Source: Roseburia sp. CAG:309 (GTDB lineage Bacteria; Bacillota; Clostridia; Lachnospirales; Lachnospiraceae). Taken from it: DNA of 44,051 nucleotides. Shown here one piece after another: positions 35,924 through 44,051 of the stretch (the first letter of the stretch is position 1; the number at the start of each line of letters is the position of its first letter). The notes beneath the pieces were generated by a model that worked only from the letters and a program-made list of their open reading frames with translations, was not told where the DNA came from and made no database searches. The stretch is taken from positions 1 through 44,051 of the forward strand of contig FR894025.1 in NCBI GenBank assembly GCA_000434115.1, written 5' to 3'. The translations under genes were made by a program, and so were the position numbers.

Positions 35924-37411
35924 ATGAATCTGGTGCAGAACTTTCCATTTATGAATATTATCATGTGTCTGGCAAGCGGCGTGATATCTTCGGTACTTCC
36001 GGCAAAGAAGGCGCGAGTGTGGACCCTTACCCTGCTGACGGTACTTCTTGCGATGTCCGGCTGCGTGCTGGCATTTGTCCTTGGTACGGGTGAACCGTAT
36101 GTCTATATGATGGGGCATTTCCCGGCACCTTGGGGCAATGAGATCCGCGTCGGCATTTTAGAAGGTGTGATGGCGGTTGTATTTTGTCTGATCATGCTTT
36201 TGTCGGTTGCTGGCGGAGGAAAATATATCGCAAGAGACATCGCGGTGACAAAGCAGAATTTGTTTTATGTACTCGTGAATCTGATGATGAGTTCTCTTCT
36301 GGCGCTGGTCTACACCAATGATATGTTTACGGCGTACGTATTTATCGAGATTAATACGATCGCGGCAGGAGGCCTGATTTTGATCCGTGAAACCGGACAT
36401 ACGCTGGTTGCTGCGACCAAATATATGATCATGAGTTTGATCGGTTCCGGTCTGATACTGATCGGAATATCAATGCTTTACGGCATTACGGGGCATCTTC
36501 TGATGTCCAATATGAAAGAGACGGTAGCCGCGCTGAATGCAAATGGACAGTACACGATGCCGCTTACCGTAGTCATTGTACTCATGTGCGTAGGACTGGC
36601 AATCAAGTCGGCACTGTTTCCGTTTCACAGCTGGCTGCCGGATGCCTATAGTTATGGTACGGCATCTTCGAGTGCCATATTATCGAGTCTGGTATCAAAA
36701 AGTTATATCTTTTTGCTTTTGAAAATATTTTACCGCGTGATCGGCATTGATGTAATCGAAATGCATCATGTCGGAAATCTGTTGTTTGTTCTCGGCGTGC
36801 TGGGAATGATCCTTGGCTCCGTTCGTGCGATACGGCAGGTGGATATCCGCCGCATGATCGCGTATTCTTCGGTAGCACAGATCGGCTACATTTATATGGG
36901 GATCGGAATTGGGACAAAAACCGGTATGCTTGCGGCCATTTTTCATATCATTTCGCATGCTGCCTCCAAATCCATGTTGTTTATCGCAGCAAGGGGATTG
37001 TCCGAGGTTTCGGACGACAGCAAGTTGTTTGAAGATTTAAAAGGAGCGGGCTACCGCAATGTGGCTGCCGGAGCGGGATTTGCCGTAGGCGCGTTGTCAA
37101 TGGTCGGAATTCCGCTGTTTGCCGGGTTTACCTCTAAAGTATATTTTGCGATGGGCGCATTGGAAGCCGGACAGGAGAAAATGTGGGTTGCAATGATCGC
37201 ATTGGCAATCAGTACGGTTCTCAATGCCGTGTATTTCCTGCATACTGTTATGACGATTTACACGCCGGCACCGGACAAAAAAGGGCGTGCGAAAAATGGC
37301 GTGCCGTATGTCACAGCCATTCTTGTATTTATTGGATTAAACCTGTTTTTGGGAATTGGTTCCAATCTTGTGTGGGAAGCGATCGCAGCAGGCGTGCAGA
37401 TGTTTTCATAG
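35924..37411 (+). CDS. mrpD: MrpD/NuoN-like proton-translocating subunit 1
   Basis: FIE, KSALFPFHSWLPDAY, AYSSVAQIGY, HAASKS and GFTSK motifs. Confidence 0.88.
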   Translation: MNLVQNFPFMNIIMCLASGVISSVLPAKKARVWTLTLLTVLLAMSGCVLAFVLGTGEPYVYMMGHFPAPWGNEIRVGILEGVMAVVFCLIMLLSVAGGGKYIARDIAVTKQNLFYVLVNLMMSSLLALVYTNDMFTAYVFIEINTIAAGGLILIRETGHTLVAATKYMIMSLIGSGLILIGISMLYGITGHLLMSNMKETVAALNANGQYTMPLTVVIVLMCVGLAIKSALFPFHSWLPDAYSYGTASSSAILSSLVSKSYIFLLLKIFYRVIGIDVIEMHHVGNLLFVLGVLGMILGSVRAIRQVDIRRMIAYSSVAQIGYIYMGIGIGTKTGMLAAIFHIISHAASKSMLFIAARGLSEVSDDSKLFEDLKGAGYRNVAAGAGFAVGALSMVGIPLFAGFTSKVYFAMGALEAGQEKMWVAMIALAISTVLNAVYFLHTVMTIYTPAPDKKGRAKNGVPYVTAILVFIGLNLFLGIGSNLVWEAIAAGVQMFS

Positions 37412-37449
37412 AGCAATAGTTATAGTCAACGAGAGAAAGAGGGGAAGAA

Positions 37450-38919
37450 ATGCTGGCAATACCGATATTTTTACCGCTGATCAGTGGTTTTGTATTATAT
37501 TTACTCGCGACGGCAGGACACAAATGGCAGGAAGGAATTACCAAAAAATTATCCGTGGTTGTGATGGGAATTGTTCTTCTGACGGCAGTATTTCACGGAA
37601 TCAATTTATATGAGAAAAGTGCGGCGGTCACGATCTGGAAATTAAAGGAGGACATCCCGATCTTATTGAAGCTGGATGATTTAGGCACTGTCTTTTCTAC
37701 GCTTGTAGTATTTATATGGCTGTTGGTTACTCTTTATACCTTTTCTTATATGAAAGGGGATAAGAAGGGCGCGCGTTTTCTGGGATGCCATCTGATGACA
37801 TTGGGAATGCTTATGGGAATTACAAGTGCCGGAAATCTGGTAACAATGTACCTCTTTTACGAAGGAATGACGCTGGCGACGATCGGATATGTCATTCATG
37901 CGCAGACGAAAGAAGCAATCGCCGCCGGATACAAATATGTATTTTATTCGATCGCAGGTGCTTTTTTGGGATTGATCGGTTTCTTTTATATTTACCAGCT
38001 GACACCGTCGATCGCCTTTACACCGGGCGGAAATTTCACGCAAGCAGCGATTGCGGGGCATGAAACGACGCTTCAGCTCGCTGTTTTAGGGATGATTATC
38101 GGGTTTGGTTCCAAAGCCGGTATGTTTCCGCTTCATGGCTGGCTTTCTACGGCACATCCGGTTGCTCCGGCACCGGCGAGTGCAATTTTGTCGGGCGTCA
38201 ATACGAAAATGGGTGTTATTGCCATTCTTCGTGTCGTTTATTATATTGCGGGAGCGGATTTCCTGCGGAAGTCCTTTGTGCAGTATATTGTGATCGGTCT
38301 GACACTGCTTACGATATTTATGGGTTCTATGCTTGCTTATAAGGAAAAGATCATGAAACGGCGGCTTGCGTATTCAACCGTAAGTCAGGTTTCCTACATT
38401 TTGTTTGGAATCATGCTGCTGCAGCCGGCGGGCTTTGTTGGGGCGATGCTGCATGTGATCTACCATTCGGTTATTAAAAATAATCTTTTCCTCTGTGCCG
38501 GCGCGGTCATCCATGAGACCGGGGCTGCAAGAGTAGAAGAATATCGGGGAATCGGAAAGCGGATGCCGGTTACCATGGTCTGTTTTACCTTTGCCTCCCT
38601 TGCCCTTGTGGGAATTCCGCCGTTTAGCGGATTTGTCAGTAAATGGAAATTGGGGACAAGTGCTCTTTTTTCCGAAATTCGTGTGGCAAAGATTGCGGGG
38701 CCGGTTGTGCTTCTTGTGAGTGCACTTTTGACAGCCGGCTATCTTTTGACGGTAAGCGTCTATGCTTTTTATGATAAACCGGAAAAAGAAGAGCGGGTAA
38801 AGGAAGACCGGAAAATGGTCATTCCGATGGTAATTCTGGCAGTTTTGGCGCTTTTGCTTGGAATTTTCAATGAACCGCTGATTCACGGTTTGGAAGATAT
38901 TGTAAAAGAAATTATATAA
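37450..38919 (+). CDS. MrpD/NuoLMN-like proton-translocating subunit 2
   Basis: FYE, KAGMFPLHGWL, AYSTVSQ, HSVIK and GFVSKW motifs. Confidence 0.88.
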   Translation: MLAIPIFLPLISGFVLYLLATAGHKWQEGITKKLSVVVMGIVLLTAVFHGINLYEKSAAVTIWKLKEDIPILLKLDDLGTVFSTLVVFIWLLVTLYTFSYMKGDKKGARFLGCHLMTLGMLMGITSAGNLVTMYLFYEGMTLATIGYVIHAQTKEAIAAGYKYVFYSIAGAFLGLIGFFYIYQLTPSIAFTPGGNFTQAAIAGHETTLQLAVLGMIIGFGSKAGMFPLHGWLSTAHPVAPAPASAILSGVNTKMGVIAILRVVYYIAGADFLRKSFVQYIVIGLTLLTIFMGSMLAYKEKIMKRRLAYSTVSQVSYILFGIMLLQPAGFVGAMLHVIYHSVIKNNLFLCAGAVIHETGAARVEEYRGIGKRMPVTMVCFTFASLALVGIPPFSGFVSKWKLGTSALFSEIRVAKIAGPVVLLVSALLTAGYLLTVSVYAFYDKPEKEERVKEDRKMVIPMVILAVLALLLGIFNEPLIHGLEDIVKEII

Positions 38920-38944
38920 GAAGAGAGGGGAACGTGGTGAAAAA

Positions 38945-40423
38945 ATGAATGTGTTATTGTTAGTTTTACCAATTGTGCTGCCAATTCTGGGAGGAGCCGT
39001 ACTTCCTCTCTTTCCGTGGAAACGGCGGCAGCAGAGAAATATTTATGTGGAAGGTATCGTGATCGCCACTTCGATTTTGATGTGGAGTTCACTGCTTTTG
39101 CATCCGGCATCTTATACACGGCTTATTAATCTCGCCGGCATACTGGAAGTTTCGGTGCATTTGGACGGCGCAGGCATGGTGTTTGCTGCCCTTGTCAGTA
39201 CATTGTGGCCATTTGCTTCGCTGTATGCGTTTGAATACATGCACGGGGAAAAAGGGGAAAACCGTTTCTTCTCTTTTTACACAATGACGTACGGGATCAC
39301 GCTTGGAATTGCGATGTCCGCCAATTTGATGACGATGTATATGTTTTACGAAATGTTGACGCTGGTTACGATTCCGCTTGTCATGCACACGATGACCCCG
39401 GAAGCACGGTATGCAGGACGAAAATATGCATATTATTCGATCGGTGGAGCGGCGTTTGCGTTTATCGGATTTATTTTCATCCTCCGTTATGGAACAAGCA
39501 TGAATTTTACTTTTGGCGGCGTTCTGGATATGACGAAAGTGAGCGGCCATGAAGCACTTTTGCAGGCCGTTTTTGTCTGTATGGTACTGGGATTTGGCGT
39601 AAAAGCGGCATTGTTTCCACTTCACGGATGGCTGCCGACGGCTTCGGTGGCACCAACCCCGGTGACGGCGCTTTTGCATGCTGTCGCAGTGGTGAAATCG
39701 GGAGCATTTGCGATCCTGCGTATCACGTATTACATTTTTGGAACATCCTTTTTACGGGGAACACCGGCACAGTATATGGTACTTGGACTGGTAGGAATTT
39801 CCATTTTGTTTTGTTCTTCCAATGCTGTCAAGGAACAGCATTTAAAACGGCGTTTTGCCTATTCGACAGCAAGCAACCTGTCGTATATTTTATTTGGATT
39901 TTTATTGATGACCCCAATGGGAATGATCGGCGGTCTGACGCATATGATCTTCCACGGAATTATGAAAATTTCGCTTTTCTTTGCGGTCGGCGCGATCATG
40001 CACCAGACCGGAAAACATTATATTTACGAAATTGCCGGCTTGGGAAAAAAGATGCCGGTGGTATTTGGCTGTATGAGCGTGGCAGGGATCGCCTTGATCG
40101 GAATTCCGCCGCTTACCGGATTTATCAGCAAATGGAACATTGCGACAGCGGCAGTAGATGCCTATCAAAAGGGAAACCGGCTGGCACCGTACCTGATTTT
40201 AATTCTGGTGTTGTCCGCCTTTTTGACCGCAGTCTATATATTTACAATTTTAGGAAAAGCTTATCTGGTAGAACCGGCGGATGACAGCGGGAAAACAAAC
40301 TGTGATCCGGGCTGGCAGATGAAAGTGCCGATGGTTCTCTTTGCCATATTGATTGTTGTTTTTGGATTGTATTCGAAGCCGCTTATGACTTTTTTTACAT
40401 GGGTTGCCAATGGCTTGCTTTAG
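38945..40423 (+). CDS. MrpD/NuoLMN-like proton-translocating subunit 3
   Basis: FYE, KAALFPLHGWLP, LHAVAVVK, AYSTASN, HGIMK and GFISKW motifs. Confidence 0.88.
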   Translation: MNVLLLVLPIVLPILGGAVLPLFPWKRRQQRNIYVEGIVIATSILMWSSLLLHPASYTRLINLAGILEVSVHLDGAGMVFAALVSTLWPFASLYAFEYMHGEKGENRFFSFYTMTYGITLGIAMSANLMTMYMFYEMLTLVTIPLVMHTMTPEARYAGRKYAYYSIGGAAFAFIGFIFILRYGTSMNFTFGGVLDMTKVSGHEALLQAVFVCMVLGFGVKAALFPLHGWLPTASVAPTPVTALLHAVAVVKSGAFAILRITYYIFGTSFLRGTPAQYMVLGLVGISILFCSSNAVKEQHLKRRFAYSTASNLSYILFGFLLMTPMGMIGGLTHMIFHGIMKISLFFAVGAIMHQTGKHYIYEIAGLGKKMPVVFGCMSVAGIALIGIPPLTGFISKWNIATAAVDAYQKGNRLAPYLILILVLSAFLTAVYIFTILGKAYLVEPADDSGKTNCDPGWQMKVPMVLFAILIVVFGLYSKPLMTFFTWVANGLL

Positions 40424-40426
40424 GAG

Positions 40427-42220
40427 GTGGATGGACAAATGTTAGATATATATTCGATTTTCTTTTTAGGGCTTACACTTGTGTCATCTATCGTGACGTT
40501 ATGTGCTTTGCCGCAGCAGTTCCGGGTGTCAACGCACAATAAACGGTTTTTGTTTTTCTACCTGTTGACGATCGTGGCGACGGTTGAATTTTTTCTTTCC
40601 GGAACAAATCTGATGAAACAGTTTTTCTTTTTTGAAATTATGACGCTTGCGTCATTTGCCTATGTGCCAAATGACGAGAGTGAATATGCGAAAAAGGCAT
40701 CTTTTTCTTATCTGGCATACGGGATCGCCGGTGGACTGGTGATGCTGTACGGATTGATGATTTTGTATTATATGTTTGGAACGTTTGAACTGACGGAGAT
40801 CCGTCAAATGTGGATTGCCTTCGAAGAAACTCCGGTCAACCGGCGCAATCTCTTTATCGCCGGTGCCTGCCTTTTGTTTGGTTATGGTGCAAAAGCCGGA
40901 ATGTTTCCGCTTCATACATGGCTGCCGGATACGTATACGGCGGCGCCACCGGTGGGAACGACGCTGCTTTCATCAATACTGTCAAAAACCGGAATTTATG
41001 GAATTTTGCTCCTTACCACGAGCCCGGTTGGATCATTGTACAATTGGAAAGCGATTCTTATGGTTCTTGCTCTTTGTACAATGTTTGTCGGAGGGGCATT
41101 TGCCATCTTTGCGACCGATATGAAGAAATTACTTGCGTATTCGTCAATGTCACAGATTGGTTTTATCCTGTTTGGAATCAGCGTATGTACGATTACGCAA
41201 GGGTTCGATGGCTTCTATGGAGTCCTGCTTCACACAGCGAACCATTCGATTTTTAAACTGATTTTATTTACTGTGGCCGGTGTGATCTTTGCGATGGCAG
41301 GTACGACCGATCTGAATCGGATCGGTGGTGTGATTCGCGAAAAGAAGTCGTTGAAAATTCCTGTTGCCATCGCTGCTCTTGGCATGGGTGGAATTCCGCT
41401 GCTTTCGGGATATATCAGTAAAACAATGCTGCATGAAGCATCGCTTGGCGCTCCTTATTTTGAGTTTATGATGCCAGCGGCGGAGTGGATTTTTCTATTT
41501 TGTGGTGGATTGACCGTGGCTTATATGCTAAAATTGTTTGTGGCACTGTTTTGCAATAAAATGGACGAACCGGTGCAAACTACAGGGGAAAAAGGCCCGT
41601 CTATTCCAGTCCTGATCTGTTTATGGGTTCTGGCAGCAGTTATTGTAATTGTCGGTATTATGGGACTTGTACTGGAACCGGCGTATTTTATCTCCTTTGA
41701 GACGTTAAAAGGAGCATTGATCTCCATTGCCATCGGAATCCTTATTTATGTTGTTGTGGTACGAAAAGCCGCTTTTTTGAAAAAAGAGGATGGCAGTTTT
41801 GTGTGCCGTGAGGTGATCCCGTCATGGTTTGGATTGGAAAATCTCGTTTATCGTCCATTTTTCCTGAAATTACTGCCGTTTTTGGGAGCTTTGCTTTCGC
41901 GCTTTTTTGACCGGCTGATCGACGGATTTGCGATTGGCATGATGAAGAGCGTGCTTCGCCCGAAAAAACCGCATGCGAAACGGGAACATATCTTTGCTTA
42001 CGGTCTGGGGCGTTTTGTGGATGGCATTAGTTACGTGGTTCAGGTTAAGATCCGCAAGAAACCGGTGCCAAAGCGTCATTCCTACGCGGATTTATTTGCA
42101 GTCGGAAGTACCGAGTTTTCGCGAACGACACGGCTCGTATTTTACAGTGTATCATTTGGATTGATGATGTTTGCCATCGGACTTATGGCGGCACTCATTT
42201 ATCTGCTTAAGGTTATGTAG
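40427..42220 (+). CDS. MrpA/NuoL-like proton-translocating subunit 4 with C-terminal extension
   Basis: FFE, KAGMFPLHTWLP, AYSSMSQ, HSIFK and GYISK motifs, then a long basic/amphipathic tail and a final TM helix. Confidence 0.85.
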   Translation: MDGQMLDIYSIFFLGLTLVSSIVTLCALPQQFRVSTHNKRFLFFYLLTIVATVEFFLSGTNLMKQFFFFEIMTLASFAYVPNDESEYAKKASFSYLAYGIAGGLVMLYGLMILYYMFGTFELTEIRQMWIAFEETPVNRRNLFIAGACLLFGYGAKAGMFPLHTWLPDTYTAAPPVGTTLLSSILSKTGIYGILLLTTSPVGSLYNWKAILMVLALCTMFVGGAFAIFATDMKKLLAYSSMSQIGFILFGISVCTITQGFDGFYGVLLHTANHSIFKLILFTVAGVIFAMAGTTDLNRIGGVIREKKSLKIPVAIAALGMGGIPLLSGYISKTMLHEASLGAPYFEFMMPAAEWIFLFCGGLTVAYMLKLFVALFCNKMDEPVQTTGEKGPSIPVLICLWVLAAVIVIVGIMGLVLEPAYFISFETLKGALISIAIGILIYVVVVRKAAFLKKEDGSFVCREVIPSWFGLENLVYRPFFLKLLPFLGALLSRFFDRLIDGFAIGMMKSVLRPKKPHAKREHIFAYGLGRFVDGISYVVQVKIRKKPVPKRHSYADLFAVGSTEFSRTTRLVFYSVSFGLMMFAIGLMAALIYLLKVM

Positions 42221-42237
42221 AAAGGAAGTCAAAAGTT

Positions 42238-43280
42238 ATGAAATGGATACGTTTTACGTTGGAAACCCACACCGATGCGGTGGATATATTGAGTTATATG
42301 TTGGATGAGATCGGTGTCGAGGGAATTGAGATTGAAGATCACATCCCACTTACGGAAGAGGAAAAGCGGCAGATGTATGTGGATATTCTGCCGGATCCGG
42401 AGGAAAATGACGGCTCTGCCAAAGTACATTTTTATATGGAGCCGGAAAACTGCAATCCGGATACAGTCATCATGCAGGTGCAGAATATTTTTCAGGAAAT
42501 CAAAAGTTACACGAATATTGGAAAAGGAACGGTTAGTTTGTCGGAAACGGAGGACAAAGACTGGGTTAATAACTGGAAGACATTTTTCAAGCCATTCCGT
42601 GCCGCAGAAAATGTCGTGATCAAGCCAACATGGGAGACTACAAATGTAGAAGACTATGTGCCGGAAAAAGATGTTGTGGTGGAAATTGATCCGGGAATTG
42701 CGTTTGGAACCGGCACTCATGAGACGACAAAACTTTGTATCCAGGCTCTTTCCAAATGGGGCTGTCAGGACAAACGCATTTTTGACATCGGCTGCGGAAG
42801 TGGAATCCTTGCCATCGCTGCCCTGAAATTAGGTGCTTCTTTTGCGTGCGCGACGGACATTGATGAAGTGGCGGTAGATGTCGCAGGCGAAAATATGGAG
42901 ATCAATGGTTTGAAACCGGAGCAGTATCAGTTGTATGCCGGCGACTTGATTGAGAACGTCGCCAAAGACCACTCGTATACATTCAGCGCACCGACGGCGA
43001 CGGAACGTTCGGTCAATGGAAAGAAATTGAGTGAACTTGCCGGAGGCGGTTATGATATTGTCACCGCGGTAATGATATTGTCCCCGCCAACATTTTGGCA
43101 GATGTTATCATCCCATTGTCAGCAGTCGTCCGCCCGCATATGGCAGAAAATGGAATCTTTATCTCATCGGGGATCATCGATGAAAAGGCGGACGAAGTAG
43201 AGGCGGCACTTTTGCAGAATGGGTTTACAATCTTAGAGAAGACATCCATCAAAGAGTGGGTATGCTTTGTTTGTAAATAG
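42238..43280 (+). pseudogene. prmA: Ribosomal protein L11 methyltransferase, frameshifted by a 20-bp duplication (possibly an assembly error)
   Basis: DPGIAFGTGTHETT and DIGCGSGIL are in one frame; ANILADVI...SGII...EW is in another; junction at 43046-43085. Confidence 0.85.
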
Positions 43281-43438
43281 TTTGATATATGAGAGAAATA
43301 GGTTGTTGCGCCGGGGTGGTGCAATGACCTTGCTTTTTTAAGGGCGTGTGCGGAGCCGCCCCACCAAGTCCAGAGCTGCCTAAAACAGGAGCCACCTCAG
43401 CTGTCGCCGTCCACCCCCCAAAAAAAACTAACTTCCCA

Positions 43439-43464
43439 TGCAACATTTTCCCAACTTATGCATC
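43439..43464 (+). promoter_or_regulatory. Putative ECF-sigma autoregulatory promoter
   Basis: TGCAAC-16 bp-CATC, resembling the AAC-N16-CGT ECF pattern, 26 bp before the ECF gene start. Confidence 0.55.
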
Positions 43465-43490
43465 AAATCTATAAAGAGAGGAGGAAGACG

Positions 43491-44027
43491 ATGCAAGAAG
43501 AAAAAAAGAAATTGGTAAATCAGGCAAGAAAAGGTGACACACACGCATTTGCCAAACTTTACGAAGAAATTTATCCGGATTTGTACCGGTTTGCCTTTTG
43601 TATGGTAAGGCAGCCGTGGAAGGCGGAAGATGTCGTAAGTGATGCGGTACTCAAAGCATTTGAAAAGATACATACGTTAAAAAAGCCGGAGTCATTTCGC
43701 AGCTGGATATTTCAGATTGCAGCTAATGAATGCAGGCTGCAGTACCGAAAGGAAAAACGAGTCGTTTATTTGCCGGAAGTAGCGGAAGCAGGAATGCGGG
43801 AGTCAAACAATGCAACGACGGAAAATAACGTTTTGATCAAAGAATTGTTGATGCAGCTGGAGGAAAGAGAGCGCATGATCGTCGGATTAAGTATCTTTGG
43901 CGGATATAGCGGAAAAGAACTGGCTCAGTATTTTCATAAAAAAGAAGGCACGATCCGGTCGATCAAAAGCCGCGCACTCGGAAAATTAAAGCAGGCATGG
44001 GAATGCAGAAATGAGGGAAAATTATGA
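43491..44027 (+). CDS. ECF-family RNA polymerase sigma factor
   Basis: GDTHAFAKLY, AEDVV, FRSWIFQIAAN and GTIRSIKSRA (regions 2 and 4 only); SD GAGGAGG before ATG 43491. Confidence 0.9.
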   Translation: MQEEKKKLVNQARKGDTHAFAKLYEEIYPDLYRFAFCMVRQPWKAEDVVSDAVLKAFEKIHTLKKPESFRSWIFQIAANECRLQYRKEKRVVYLPEVAEAGMRESNNATTENNVLIKELLMQLEERERMIVGLSIFGGYSGKELAQYFHKKEGTIRSIKSRALGKLKQAWECRNEGKL

Positions 44028-44051
44028 CGGAAATAGAAAAGAATTTAAAGA
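44024..44051 (+). CDS. Start of the next ORF (MTEIEKNLK), likely anti-sigma factor, cut by the window edge
   Basis: ATGA overlap with the sigma stop and SD GAGGG. Function inferred from position only. Confidence 0.5.

Overview
This is a 44 kb chromosomal window from a motile, endospore-forming Clostridia bacterium, Lachnospiraceae-like on gene content. It is mostly core genes: trpS (cut by the left edge), nadB-nadC, spoIIAA-spoIIAB-sigF, tRNA-Arg(ACG), hpf-secA-prfB-cheW-hom-lysC, aroC, purC-purF-purB, purA, prmA and an ECF sigma factor. It also carries GH10 and GH3 lipoproteins, scattered chemotaxis genes and a 10-gene Mrp-type cation/H+ antiporter operon. No CRISPR array, prophage, integrase or transposase is visible. 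The most interesting signals are: (1) a candidate ~120 nt minus-strand small RNA at ~4844-4962 whose core is complementary to the SD and start codon of the neighbouring DUF2207-like gene, under an 11-bp-period repeat that recurs upstream of secA; (2) an Mrp operon with four antiporter-like subunits and no redox module; (3) five co-oriented DnaA boxes with no dnaA gene in the window; (4) a CheX-like phosphatase with tandem MshEN-like c-di-GMP motifs; (5) a hairpin/pseudoknot leader upstream of nadB; (6) several highly structured intergenic elements, one exactly duplicated; (7) a GH3 protein with a degenerate active site. Several genes are frameshifted or decayed. All calls come from reading the sequence by eye; no searches were run.
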